A stretch of 64,000 nucleotides of DNA from Guillardia theta CCMP2712 (taxonomy: Eukaryota > Protista > Cryptophyta). The notes under the pieces are model-generated. The model was not told where the DNA came from. It saw nothing but the letters and a program-made list of their open reading frames with translations, and made no database searches. How positions within the stretch are numbered: position 1 is the stretch's first letter; every line of letters begins with the position of its first letter. This document shows positions 1-12,414 of this stretch, piece after piece. The stretch covers positions 66,852-130,851 of the forward strand of contig NW_005434668.1 in NCBI RefSeq assembly GCF_000315625.1, given 5' to 3'. The translations under genes were made by a program, and so were the position numbers.

Positions 1-1752
1 ACGTCCCGAAAGAATTGTTTGTTCATGATTAGCTCAGGCTTCTTGCGGATGGCGCTGAGGACCATGCTGGTTGCACACAAGGAGCCAGGGACGCAAAAGT
101 TCTTGTCAAAGTTTGCCAGCCATTCCTTGAGATCTCCTTCCTCCCTCATCTCCTCCTCCTCTCCCCTCGCTCTGCTGTACACCGAGTTCCAGTCCACAGG
201 TCGAGCACTGGCGGCGCGTTGGAATACTTTTCGAAGCCGGTTGATGTCGGAATCACTGACTTCCTTCTCCTCCTTGTGCACGGATTTGCCTTGGGCAGGT
301 TGCTCGATGAAGTTCATCGACTTGGCGCGATCTGTCAGAGCAGGAGCCGACTTCCCTTGCGAGTAGCGCAATGCCTTGGGAGGTGAAAGGTGGGACATGG
401 AGCTAGGGCGAGGACCAGGTTGAATCCAGGGCCTCCTGAGAACAACAAGCTTAACATCCATTCCCGGTTTCACCCACGACCTGATCGAGGTTATGGGTAC
501 CGTCAAACTTTGTTCAGAGGCTCCCTGTCAGACTTGTCAACGCATCTTGACCCACCACACATCACACGCGCATCACCTTCTTCAAGAACGCCAGCACAAC
601 TTTCGTGCCAGGAGTGCCAATGATGTAATCTTCCATGTCTTTGATAGTTTTCCCCTTGCTCAGAACCCCGTCAACGCTGTGCAAGATGTCGCCCGTCCGG
701 ATCTTTCCTGACACCAGCGAGGGACTGCCAGGCTCGAGGAAGCGAACTTTGATCAGACCGTCGTCATCCTGCTCGAGCTGCAAACCAACACCGATAGTAG
801 GGTACAAGGAGTCAAAATCCGGCAATTGTGCGATCCTCTTTCGATCCTGTACGCTGCTCCAACGCATCCACAGCAGCAGGGCAAAGCCGAGGGTCATCCA
901 TACAGCGAGCATCGCCACAGCTACTTCAGGGTCTGGGCCGTCTGATTGATTGTGTATGGAACGACCTTGCAAGATCTTTTGACGGAGCTCTGCCTTCCTG
1001 CGTTGAACTGCACGATAAAGTTGAGAGATTTTCTCAGCTGCTGAAAAGTTCTGTATCTCAATACGCGCTGTCTGCAAGAGAGAAGACGCGATGTTTGCCA
1101 TCGGCTCGAGTCTGTATTTCTGAATTTTGGAGAAGTCGTTTGTGACAACCGTGTAAATGAGGTCATGAGAACATTTCAACCCGATCTTGACGAAAAACCG
1201 TGCGGTCCGGTACGACTCAATATCTTCAAGGAGTTCAAGGAGTTGTTTGAAAGCTAGTTCAATCGCCTGAGTGTACAGCAGACTCTGCCCACCATTGAAT
1301 GAGGATTGACTAGCAGAAGCGTTCGTTGAAGCGTTGGATTCCTTCTTGGGGAATTCTACCACTCGTACCTCTGGGAATTGAGAGCCGACCGAGGCTGACT
1401 TGCTGACTTTGACCTTCTTACCAGCAACCCCGACGTTTGTTCCTGATCCGTGACGTGTTGCGGAAGGTTTCTCGTGCAGAGTTCGAATTTCCTGTTCCCT
1501 CGCCGATGACCCTGGGCTAGGTGTATACCCTCCAGTGGGAATATCACCATGGTACTCATTCTGGATTTCATTCTCCTGGATCAGCAGGCTCTGAAGCTCT
1601 CTTTCAAGATCTCTCAGCTTGCTGTCGTCTAAGGAGTCCAAGTCGAGAAACTGGTCCTCCTCGACCTTGTCCTTGCCGTATGCCACAATGCACGGAGTAA
1701 TTATCACACAGAAGATACACAAAGAGATCAGCGCTGCTTGTGGCGCTCTCAT
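1..1752 (-). CDS. Signal peptide + single TM + PDZ-domain protein (3' end beyond window)
   Basis: ORF 562-1752 has an N-terminal hydrophobic signal, a TM segment (VAVAMLAVWMTLGFALLLW) and PDZ signatures (GVGLQL...LEPGSPS...IRTGDILHSVDG...IIGTPGTKVVLAF). A GT-AG intron at 525-576 joins an open exon (GASEQSLTVP...) that runs to base 1. Confidence 0.75.
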
Positions 1753-2447
1753 GTTAAGAAGGAGCAGAAGATCAGAAGCTTTCTCTTGTCAACAACCAGT
1801 CGAGGTAGCAAGCCAGGTAGGTTTGAATCTAGCTACCATTCTAACTCCAGCATGAGGCTCCACATGGTAGTCTTACAGTCTCCTTCCCTTCCACTCCCCT
1901 CCCTTCCGGGACATTCTCCTCCAGATACTGCTCGTGTTCTTCCTCATTTCCCCCTTCCTTCACCAATCCTCTTCATCCTCCATACCTCCATCCTCCTTCT
2001 AGTTTTCTTGTCCCACAACTTGAGAAGCTCGCCCAAAAGATGTCGCTTTCTTGTGAGCTGTCAAATTTGACTTTTTTTTATCACGGAACGTACTCCGTCC
2101 ACCCCTCCTTTGCTAATGTTGTGCTATTGATATTCGAGGGGTGGGTATTCAGGCAGACACTCAAAGGAGAGTCATAGGCAGGGGAACAAAAAATGTACAA
2201 GGATGGGCGAGAATCGATGGGGAGGACAGAGCGTTGAAGGGACCGAGATTGGAGCTATTGACGAGATGGAAAGAGAGAAGAGACAGTGAAGGTGGTCGAG
2301 GCAGGAGGAAGTGAGTGGGGAGCATAGAGGGTATGAAAACGAGGAATCAAATTCTGAACAGATTTTACAAATCTCGATTCTTTTAGTAGAAAGATGCTGA
2401 TAGATTACTCCTACAGGAGGCGGGACTCTTGTTTGCTAGGAGAAGCC

Positions 2448-3461
2448 ATGGACAGGCGACGTCTGTTGGCTCTTGATCTTCCGCTTGTTTTCTTGTTCTT
2501 GCTTCTGCTCGTTCCTGCATCTCACGCGAAGGATCCAATCAAGAGAAATCCACATCGAAGATGTAACTTTGTTCCCCCTCCCTCTCCTCCTCCTCCTCCT
2601 CCTCCACCACCACCACCACCACCACCACCTCCTCCTCCTCCTCCTCCTNNNNNNNNNNNNNNNNNNNNNNNNNNNNNNNNNNNNNNNNNNNNNNNNNNNN
2701 NNNNNNNNNNNNNNNNNNNNNNNNNNNNNNNNNNNNNNNNNNNNNNNNCAACAACACCTCCTTCCCCTCCCCCTCCATCAAATTCAGTACCACCCCCTCC
2801 ATCAAATTCAGCACCACCCCCTCCATCAAATTCAGCATCCCCACCTTCTCCATCTGCGCAAGTGCCCTCTTCCACCACAAACCCTGTAACCCCAAAAACC
2901 TGCGATCCTGGTTGGATGTTGACTCAGGGTACGTGCACACCATGTTCGTACCAACCCAAAGACTCCGTCTGGCTCAGCGTGGGAGTCTGCAACTGGGTGT
3001 GCAAGGAAGGCTTCAAGGAAGATGGACAGTTCTGCGTGCAGGGTAGCCAGGCAGAGAAGGGGGTCGTCTTGCTGACTCTCGGGCTGAACACCACGAGAGC
3101 TTCTTTCGAGGTTCAGAAAGATCGCTACGTGAATGCTCTGGCTCTTCTTCTTCGAGTGTCGCCAACGCTGGTCCAAGTTACAAGTGGAAGGCGGCAAGAA
3201 CAGGCCTTGACTGTTTCGTTTCGTGTGGAAACATTCCAAGACCTGACGAAAGGCCTGCAGCTGGACTTGATCAAGGTCAACGAAGCCTTCATCCAACATG
3301 GAGTCCCAACAGCTGTCCAGCTGCAGTTCGAGTATCAGAAACAAGCTCGTCAAGCGGGGTCTCAGGTGACTAGCAGTCCAGCAGCTGCTATTGAATCCAA
3401 TGCTGTGTTTCTGTGTGCTACGGTTGCAGCAGCGGTGGCGACGTTGTGTGCGGTCTACTAG
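2448..3461 (+). CDS. Secreted/GPI-like proline-rich (extensin-like) surface protein with Cys-rich module
   Basis: Signal peptide (LVFLFLLLLVPASHA), poly-Pro/SPPP tract interrupted by an N gap, Cys-rich segment (CDPGW..CTPC..CNWVCKEGF..C), hydrophobic C-terminal tail. Confidence 0.7.
   Translation: MDRRRLLALDLPLVFLFLLLLVPASHAKDPIKRNPHRRCNFVPPPSPPPPPPPPPPPPPPPPPPPPPXXXXXXXXXXXXXXXXXXXXXXXXXXXXXXXXXXTTPPSPPPPSNSVPPPPSNSAPPPPSNSASPPSPSAQVPSSTTNPVTPKTCDPGWMLTQGTCTPCSYQPKDSVWLSVGVCNWVCKEGFKEDGQFCVQGSQAEKGVVLLTLGLNTTRASFEVQKDRYVNALALLLRVSPTLVQVTSGRRQEQALTVSFRVETFQDLTKGLQLDLIKVNEAFIQHGVPTAVQLQFEYQKQARQAGSQVTSSPAAAIESNAVFLCATVAAAVATLCAVY
2649..2748. other. Assembly gap (100 N) inside poly-Pro coding repeat
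   Basis: Run of n characters. Confidence 0.99.
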
Positions 3462-3529
3462 CTTTAACACAGATGTTCTGTGCTGTCTACTAGCTTTAAC
3501 ACAGATGTTCTGTGCTGTCTACTAGCTTT
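3453..3529 (+). repeat. 32-bp tandem repeat x~2.4 spanning the stop codon
   Basis: Unit gtctactagctttaacacagatgttctgtgct, with an internal inverted repeat cacaga-tgt-tctgtg. Confidence 0.85.
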
Positions 3530-4091
3530 CAAGCCCTAGACCATGATTGCCGTTATTAAAGTGTTGTTTGTGAAGGAGTAACACGAGGGGCAGGGGCAGG
3601 TTTCTCTTCGTCTGAATATCGAGGGGAGGAGTCAAGGCGGGCTCACCTCAGAACCGTTTGTGCCAGACTCAGTTTGATCAAGTCTGCCTCAGTTTAGATT
3701 GATCTCACCAGGCCCGCACGGGACCTGTCCCTACAGTTTCAAGTCGAGATTCTTCCATGCTCATTGCTCCATGCTCCGTCTCCTCTCCTCTCCTCTCCTC
3801 TCCTTTCTTCTCCTCTCCTCTCCTCTCGAGTCCTCCCGCCGGGCTTGCCCTCTCCTACCCTCTCCTCCTCTTTCCTGACGGAGGCTCCTTTCCCCTCCCT
3901 ACCCTTCCCCTCTCTAGCCCTCCTCCCTCCCCTTTTCTTCTCTCCCATCCCACTGCTGCTCTCGCCTACCATTTTCTACTTCCCTGCCTCCCTCGCAGTC
4001 GCTCACTCTCCCTCCCCCTCACATGCTGGCATGCTTCTACACCATATTCTTCCTCGCTGCCCATGACCTGACCATGTCCGTTGCAGTCCAC

Positions 4092-4405
4092 ATGTCACAC
4101 CCGAACTTCGTCAAGTTGGTGAAGCTCCTCCTCCTCCTCCTCCTCGGCATCTTCCTGCTGTGCTCGAGGCAAGTAGCAGGACAAGAGTCAACCATCCAAG
4201 TCAAGGAAGTTCAACCACCTGCGGAGCCAGCGGTCCGACGTCTCTTCCTCTGCGCTAGAGCTGACCTGATTGGGTCCAGGGATGCAGCCCTGAAGATTGG
4301 GAGGATCAGCTCAAGATTATGATGCTGAGCGATCGAGCCCGTCGGGGTTGGACGGTTGAGGAGGAGGAGGAGGAGAAGACTGAGGTACTCGAAGTCGCGC
4401 AGTGA
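4092..4405 (+). CDS. Small putative secreted protein (~88 aa, 2 exons)
   Basis: MSHPNFVKLVKLLLLLLLGIFLLCSRQVAG signal. A 47-nt GT-AG intron (4233-4279) gives the in-frame acidic tail GCSPEDWEDQLK...EVAQ*. Confidence 0.5.
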
Positions 4406-4610
4406 GATGAGAGGTATATTGTGGTACATGGATCAGAGTTAGCTGTTCCGATGATGATGATGACGATGACGATGACGAGGATTAATGTTGATGATGTTGA
4501 TAAAGATGATGATAATGTTTACGATAATGAAATCAAAGCAATGTGAAATTGACACAACACAAGCGAGTAGAGCGGTGGCGACGAGCAGCGAGATGAATTC
4601 TATACAAGCT

Positions 4611-7193
4611 TTATCTTTTTACAAGTGTAGCCATCTTAGCAACAAGTCGCAGTTCAAACTCATTTACAGCTGTTGTCCTAACTTTCAAAACCTGCAACAA
4701 CGTCAAAACCTTGCAAAGAAATCAACAAGAGGCCAAACCTCCAGCTCCTGGAACCCACCGCTCTTCTCGCACTCACTGAAGTTCTGCGAGCAGAGCAATC
4801 AAAGATCTCGAATATCACGAATGATGTCGGACCGCTTGCAGAGCCAGACGAGAAGCTTCAGAGCAGTCTTGCTGTGACGTACTTACTTGCGCAGCTACAC
4901 ACACAGTCAGTGAAAGCTGCTTGCTGTACATGAGGAAGTGATGAAAAGAGATATTGATGCCACTGTGATAATCATGTTATGTTTTCTTGCCTGTATGCGA
5001 CACGTCGATGATGGAGATGCGACGGCAAAGTTTCCCGACTGAAGGCAGAGTCTCATCCCAGCTCTGCTCCTCTCCTCGCTGTCTCACCGCAGATAAGAAG
5101 GCCCAGCTTGTTGAACATGGCTGATTTCGCGTGGTGAAGGTGAAGCTCTCGCAAGCCAGGAGACTGACGAGGCGTGACAAGCAGAGACCCATGAGAGGAA
5201 AACTTACAAGGAGGAGCATATCTCGCAACGCTTCCCATGAAAGGTCCTCACAGAAGGGGAGAACGATCTTCTTCACCTGACCACCATCGTGAATTCCTTC
5301 GAACCGCACGTTTCGGTGAGGGCCAAGGGCTTCGCCTCCTCACCAGCGACAGACGGTCCGGTCGCTGCATGGCATCCCTGAAGGAGGAGTGCAAACCCGT
5401 CGCTCCTCCCAGATCCAAACATCTCAACCCGGTGCAAGCGTCGAAGATCAGCGCCAAGTCCTTCCCGCTGTCAGTGCCAAGATAGGAGGAGGAGCAGGAG
5501 GGAGAAGCGGAGGCGGAGGCGGAGGCGGAGAAGGGGGAACAGGGGCAGGGGCAGGGGCAGGGGCAGGGGCAGGGGCAGGGGCAGGGGCAGGAGCAGGGGC
5601 AGGGGTAGGAGCAGGGGCAGGGGCAGGAGAAGGGGCAGGGGCAGGAGGCTCACCGAGCTTGTCCAGTCCACAGAGCGCATGACAAGCGTGTGCAAGGAAG
5701 AAGCAGATGTATCTATGACGTCGAGCCTGCGCGGGCCATCCCAGTCGAAGAGAACCTCAAGGCTCCTTCCTCCAGGCCGGTTCAACGCCTTGGTTCCTTG
5801 CAGGATCCCGTACGCTGACCGAGCTCGGCCGGTGACGATCTGAGCATGCTGTCAAGAAGAGGACGAACGAGGGGAAGAATCACCTCTTCCAGCTGGAACT
5901 GCGAGAGTTCGTAGAAGCTATCATGTGTGATGAGGCAGTGCGCGAGCCGCAGGGTTTTGATCTTCTTGCAGTGAGTTGCTATCGCCATGACGACTGCGAT
6001 CGAGTCACTAGCCGTTGACTCGATCCCTCCTCTCACCTCTGTCTGTCAGTGCAGCACATCCGCAGACGTCGAAAGAGACGAGCGAGGGGCAGGAAGCAAC
6101 AAGTCCACAGATGGCCTCGTCGCTCGTGTAAGTCTCGCTGATCTCCAGGTGCTCCAGCAGCGGCAGGCTGCTCCTGACGTCTACGACAGCTACATGGTCA
6201 CAACCTGAGATCTTCAACTCTGAGAGGGGGCAGGAGCGCAGCATGATCGAGATTCCCGCCTCAGTGACCTTGGACGCCTTGGTCAGCACGAAGTGCTCCA
6301 GCAAGGCACAGTGAGAGGCGATGAGCCCCAGCCCCGCGTTGGTGATGCTTCCTCCGCACAGAAAGTCGGACCCAGTGAACCTCAGCGTCCGAATGTTGGG
6401 CATCAGGTGCATGTATCCGCAGGTGCTGTTGGAAGGGCTGCCCGTATCTGAGAGGTTGATAGAGAGGAGAGAAGGAAACAGCAGGCAAAGTTTGACAACC
6501 ATGTTGTCAACAGACCGAAAGCTCGAAGACCTTCTTTCTTCACTTGAGCTGCACTTGACCAGCTCCAACACCTCCAAGTTCCTTGCGATCTCCCCAGAAA
6601 CCTCGCAAAGAGCCCAGTCATCGAAGTCGTTGTCCTTAGCGCCTGCAACTCTGTTGCACAGATAGTCAGAGAGCCGAGGACGGAGACTGAGAAGCAGAAG
6701 CTCGAGACCACGGGAGGAACAACTACACCATAGCAATCAACGGATCTTGTTACCTGAGATGCGTGAGATGCTTGCACGTGCAGACAAGGGTGTGCAGACT
6801 TTCTCCCGTCAGGGTGTTGTCATACATGTGCTTGCCCAGCTTCTCAAGATCCAAGGAGACCAAGTTAGGGCAGAGCAAGCACATATTAATGGTTTCGAGA
6901 AACGATATCGAGGAGATTCCCAAGAGCTTCAAGCTTCGAATGTTCCTCATATCAAGTTGTGTCGTGCACTCCACTGAAAAACTCGACCATGGCGGCATGT
7001 TCACATCGCTGCATGGCGTGTACCTAGCAACCAGACACGTCTCTTCCCAGAGTTGCTTTCTATGAGAATTTACAATGTCGTGCCAAGATTTGCAGACTAA
7101 GGGAACACCCTTGGCTGGCGTCAGCCATGGCCAGTGGGGGAGGTGGCGAAATATTTCGACATGGAGGGCAACCTCCAGGGAGCTGAAATCCAT
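4611..7193 (-). CDS. F-box/LRR-repeat protein (multi-exon)
   Basis: N-terminal F-box (MDFSSLEVALHVEIFRHL...VCKSWHDIV) followed by cysteine-containing LRRs (ITNAGLGLIASHCALLEHFVL; TSDEAICGLVASCPSLVSFDVCGC; LIFDACTGLRCLDL). Confidence 0.8.
5541..5646 (+). repeat. (GGGGCA)n microsatellite in F-box gene intron
   Basis: Direct reading; G-quadruplex-capable. Confidence 0.9.
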
Positions 7194-7537
7194 GGCAAAG
7201 GGATATGATGCTTGCGCAGAGGGACGGATGAGGAGATATAAGAGAAGAACAGCGAGAGAGGAGAGGAGAGGGAGAGGAGGAGGGGAGAGGGAGGGGAGAG
7301 GGAGAGGAGAGAAGAGAAGAGAAGAAAAGAGGTAGGAGGAGAGGAGAGGAGAGGAAGAGGGAGCGGAGAGGAAGAGGGAGCGGAGAGGGAGGAGGAGAGG
7401 AGAGGGAGAGGAGAGGAGAGGAGGAAGCGGTGCTTGCAAGAGCTTAGCGATACGGGATCCTTGGGATCCCTTAGAAGGCGGGGGCCATTCAACCGAGGCG
7501 GGCCCACCAGCAAGGCACTCATAAAAGAGGGCTAGGG

Positions 7538-8706
7538 ATGCACAAACAGCGCTCGCCTCTCCTCCTCCTCCTCCTCGCCTGCCCCCTGACGTCTGCGTTT
7601 CTTCTTCCTGGAGGCTTCAGGGCAGCCTTCAGCCATAGTAAGACCGCCTCTGCCTGTCGCAGCTCGGGCATCGCCCTCAGCATGAGCCACCAGCGGGATC
7701 TTCTGGTCGTTGGTGCTGGCACGTTGGGGAGCCTGCTGATACAGCAACACAAGGAGAAGTTTCCAGAGGCCCGTGTGGTCGCAGAGACAAGGTATGCTGA
7801 CTGCTGTTGGTGTGGGGGGGATGGGGAGGAGGAGGAGGAGGAGGAGGAGGAGGAGGAGGAACTCAGACAGCCCGCAGGACTGACGCCAAGCACGAGGCGC
7901 TCAAGAGCTTGGGAGCAGAGGCGAGGACGGTCTCACAAGCCGGAGACGAAAAGTTCGCAAACGTTGTGTTCTGCGCTGCTCCAGGAGGGAATGATAACTA
8001 TGCTGCGGAAGTAGATCGGGCACTGAACATGTGGTCGGGGGCTGGAAAGTTCGTTTTCACATCGTCAGGAGGAGTTTACGCAGAGAGCTCGGGAGGAACG
8101 GTCAACGAGCAGAGCCCTGTGGCGTCAAGTGCCAGAACCCAGAAGCTGATTGACGCAGAGAAGTGCACGACCGAGAGAGGAGGAAGCGTCCTGCGACTTG
8201 CTGGCCTCTACACGCTTGAGCGAGGGGCTCACAACTACTGGCTGAACGCAGGGAAGGTGGACGGACGACCCGACGGGTTGATCGGGTTGGTGTCGTACGA
8301 GGACGCAGCAGCAGCAGCTCTCACGGTTCTCAGCTCTGAAAAATCCGTGAAAGGGGAAGTGTTTGTCATCTGCGACGGCAAGGTGAGCCCGGTGCCACGT
8401 CACCTGCCGAAGGGTGACGGGAAGCAGGAACAAACGCGTCAAGACATATGTGAGTCAGCCTTGAAGACAGCCATGTACAGGTCAGCACTGAGAAGCGAGT
8501 GATGATGTCATGAGTATCTCCATCATAGGGACAAGAAGCTGCCTGTCTTCACCACCACTGAAGGCCCCATCGGCAAGCGCTATGACATCTCCAAAGCGCT
8601 GGAACTGGTGCCGTAGCTCGCGATGTAGCTTCGACTAACTGGACTTGTGCAGGGTTGGAAACCAAGATACCCAAGCTTCGATGAGTTCTGTGACCTTCAC
8701 AAGTAG
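7538..8706 (+). CDS. Plastid-targeted NAD(P)-binding Rossmann / atypical SDR (epimerase-like) protein
   Basis: Bipartite leader (signal ...TSA|FLLP then Ser/Arg-rich transit peptide), LLVVGAGTLG nucleotide-binding motif, FTSSGGVY, VLRLAGLY, C-terminal GWKPRYPSFDEF*. Confidence 0.85.
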
Positions 8707-8840
8707 GCGACAGTCTGAAGCGGAAGATGGGGTAGAAGTGACTTTTACATCTGTTTCGAAACAAAGCTTCTCTATCAGAGATCCTCTTGTGCAAAGAAGA
8801 CCAAGTATTGTACACCGCGCAAGGCATATCACGCAACAGA

Positions 8841-10175
8841 TCATGTATAGTATCCTCCTCCAGGACCATAGTTGATGTTGTCGTAAGATGCAGGCGTTCT
8901 TGTCTCCTGCAGCACAGCCGACCGCGTCAGAAAACTTGAAATTCTCCTGCACAGCAGCACCACGGGAATGTCAGCCACGGCCCCTCCCATCCCCGGGGGA
9001 TATTCATCCGATAGAGCATTCAGTGGCTGAGTCATCAACCATCATCAGTCAGGCCCATACGGTCTTGGGGCTGAGACGAGACCAACCTGACTGAATGTCC
9101 ATGAATCGATGCATGTCCGAGGCAGCAAACATAAGTACCCTCCAGCCAGCAACACTTTAGATGATGTGCTGAATTCATCTGAGCAAGATTAGAAGCTGTA
9201 GATCCTACATGAGACTCTGCATTTTCCTACCTGGTGTGTCTGGAAGGCTGATCAGGTGAGGATTCCAGTGCATGATCTGATTAATGCTCACTCCGAACTG
9301 TCAGAGAAACGTCAAACCATTTTGAATCTTGCTTCCTTCTTCATCGTTGCCTGTAAAGCCAAATCTGTGAGCGAGTCTCCTTCTTGGATCTCGTATATGT
9401 TGCCAAGATGTATCAGCTGAATTAGACGGTCAAGGGTATGCATGTTGCAACCAAGTCCGCTGAAGACTACCTGCCCCTCATGAAGGACGTCCGGGTTCAG
9501 CGCGATTTCAGGGTTCACACTGAACAATTGCGTCCAGTGAGTGCCATGCTTGCTGTTCATGGAGCAAGTCAATGCCTGTATCACACAAGCTCATGCCTAC
9601 CTTGCTAGGGAGGACAGAGTGTCTCCTACCTGGACGCACGTGCTGCAGAGCTGCACACTGAACAAGATGCAGTACGGTTCCGACGACTCCTCGTTATGAT
9701 ACGCCACGAGACATATCTCAATATCATTCTCGGCTCCATTATTCAGCCAAAACCATGACGGAGTGAAGAGAGAAAGATTCGCAGTCGCCGTTCCTGCCTC
9801 TGCATCCTGTTTCACGCTCAATTGCGCGCAGTGGAACACGCTCATAGGGTCATCGTCCGCGCCAGCAGAGAGACATTCTTTGGGTCTATCGTAGTGCGGC
9901 ATCTCACAGCATGACCGGATCTGAGGGGTCAGCCAGACCCCCCTGCGGTACCTGCATGCGCCCGTGTGATCCTTCTCGCACATGTAGACTTGCGGAGCTA
10001 CGAGAGGGTCGCTGGTTGAGAACGTGACATGGACAGAGCGGGAGCAGTGGAGAGCTGTCTCGACGTACTCTGAGTTGTTGAAGGAGGCGTTGGAGTGCAC
10101 GAGGAAGCTCATGGCGCTCCCCTGCATCGCGCTGCTCAGACTCATGAGCGCCAACATCGCGACCTTGGCCGACAT
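8841..10175 (-). CDS. Secreted Cys-rich LysM-domain protein (2 LysM; 3' end uncertain)
   Basis: Signal-like N-terminus. LysM motifs CVQVGDTLSSLAR..HGTHWTQLFSVNP and YEIQEGDSLTDLALQ-FGVSINQIMHWNP (joined across a GC-AG intron, 9298-9350). Confidence 0.75.
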
Positions 10176-10499
10176 CGCATCTACCCGATCATCAAAAAAA
10201 GATAACGGATCCATCAAACGCAAATCAAAACCCTCCGAGTCTGCCTCATTGCGGTCCGCGGAGCCTCCGCTGAGTGCCGGCCTCACCCCCGGGCGCGGTC
10301 TGCTCGCAGTGACGGAGTCCGACTGCTCTAGGCACGTACCGCCATGCCGGTCGGCGACCTGGTAAGGAAGAAGAAGGGGGACTTGAGGGAAAGGAATGAC
10401 CGGGAGGATAGTATGTGACAGCTAGCCTCAGGGAAGGCCGGAGAGATCAAGCTGAAAGTGTACAAATCAGCTGGAGGAGTTTGGAGGCTTCAATCCTGA

Positions 10500-11110
10500 T
10501 GCGCAAGAAGAATCAGAATCTGAGAGCCTTGGCATGGGTTCGACTGATTGGAACCCAAGACAGCTCGGACATTTCCTGATGAATTCAAGATGTGGTTACT
10601 AGGCGAATATGACAGTTTCGAGTACAAGACTTTTATGCATTGCAGGACGTATGAGACGAACCAGAAGGGAGCTGAGCTCCCATTGTCTTGCTATCCTCAA
10701 GAAATTTCTGGACTCTTGGTGTAAAGATACCAACAGAGTTCCGCGACCTCTTCAAGGTGGACATGTGGAAGGACGTGATCGCCAAGGACGCTGCCTGCAT
10801 GTCAATCTGCTTCTTTGAATTGGATCACATCTTTCCAAGTCCCGTTTCTGAGCCCCAAGGAGGAACAAGATCTCCAGACAGGATTGAGTCTGGATCAGTT
10901 CCTCGCACTAACAGTTTGCGTTGAGGAAATTTTTGATCATCGTGACCAAGGGTGCGAGATACTCAAGAAGATGCTTTTAGAGCACTTCAACTGGCCCAAG
11001 AATTTCTGGCGCATGCTCAAGGCACAGGTGACCGGCCGTGACTTGTGGACGTACATATTGCAGCATTTCCAACAATGTGTGCGCGTCGTGCAAGTGAAGC
11101 ATCTGTGACA
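10500..11110 (+). pseudogene. Frameshifted HNH-endonuclease-like remnant
   Basis: Fragments in three frames: RTFPDEFKMW..., DMWKDVIAKDAACMSICFFELDHIFP (HNH-type DHIxP motif), LQTGLSLDQFLAL. Stops and frameshifts without clear splice signals. Confidence 0.45.
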
Positions 11111-12414
11111 AGAGATTTTGGTAGACAGAAAGTGCAACCAGCCTTCTGTCGATGTTTCGCCTCTCGTGCAGCTTTAAGGCCAAGGGCATACAGATTAAGG
11201 GATTCAATATGTTGAGAGTCTAGCGATGAAAGGATATCTCAGAACTACTTTGACAAGCTCATCTTACTAGCCTCAACACGCTTATAATACACGGAGAAAA
11301 GAATGGATCTGTTGGCCGCACCATCGCTACTTCATCTACCCAATAAACCTTCGCCTGGCGTATCTTCCTTGAAGAGACACGACGGGCAAACTTTTGGTGA
11401 CAGTTGTCTTTCTAATGTCACTGCCACCGGACCGTCCAATGTAGTTCCTGTCAAATTGTTCTTTCATCAGCATCGCACCCGAAACTGCATGTAACTGAGG
11501 TCGTACCCATTCTCGTCGAACCATTCAATTTCAGGCCAAACTGCCAACGGAACATACTGCCTCCAGGATGAACCATCCACGTCCCCTCCATTGAAGCTCT
11601 CTTTGTAGTCGTTGCCTAATGGACCTCAGTCAATTGTTTGCGTTGAAGGCTATTCAGAAACGGTACATACCATCGTAGCCGTCAGGGGTGAGGGAAAAGC
11701 TTCCATCATAAGGAAGAGGCGGGTAGTCAATGTCTAGAGACTGCGTGAAGGCCCTCTTCTGATACTCTACTGAAGGTGCAAGCAACTCTTTGGTTGACAA
11801 GACCGAAGCTATGAGAGCGAGGGCTGCCAACATGAGTGAGAAGGTTCACCGAGCATGGCCTGGTAGGCACAACTATGACAACATCATGCCCAGCTTTCCT
11901 CATAGCAACAACCAAATATTCACACGGCTCCTTGCCGTCTTCTCACCTAACAAAGCAGCAGCGGCTGCTATGCCAACCATCGCTCGGTTGGTATGCCGCA
12001 TGCCCGAAGAGCCAGGCTGAAAACCACATCCCCGCGCGTAACCACTATTGAATCGGTCAAAACAGCTGCCGTGTCAAAACCGTTCAGTGAACTCGGAATC
12101 GGTCGGCTCACCGTGCAGGCACTGGTGTCGGCGGTCTCGGGATTCACTGCCGGTCACCATACCGGGCTGCCGGGCCCCTGTGCCCGGCCCGGCCGGGCCG
12201 TGCGGTCTGCCCGCCACTGGCACCGGGTTGGCCTGAGCTCGGATCCCGGCGGTGGGCCCGGCCCGGCCCTCAGACAACTGTGCCAGCCTTTGACGCCGAC
12301 GGTCAACTGAGCACAGCTTATGGGTTCTTTACTGAACCGTAGTAAGTTAACTGGACGAGTCGAAGTGAGCGCGACATCACGAACTTGATCGTACGTGCCG
12401 ATCATGATGCACTA

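Noticed and set aside
3453-3529. CRISPR-like 32-bp repeat with hairpin
   Set aside because: Units are directly adjacent with no spacers, there are no cas genes, and the context is eukaryotic.
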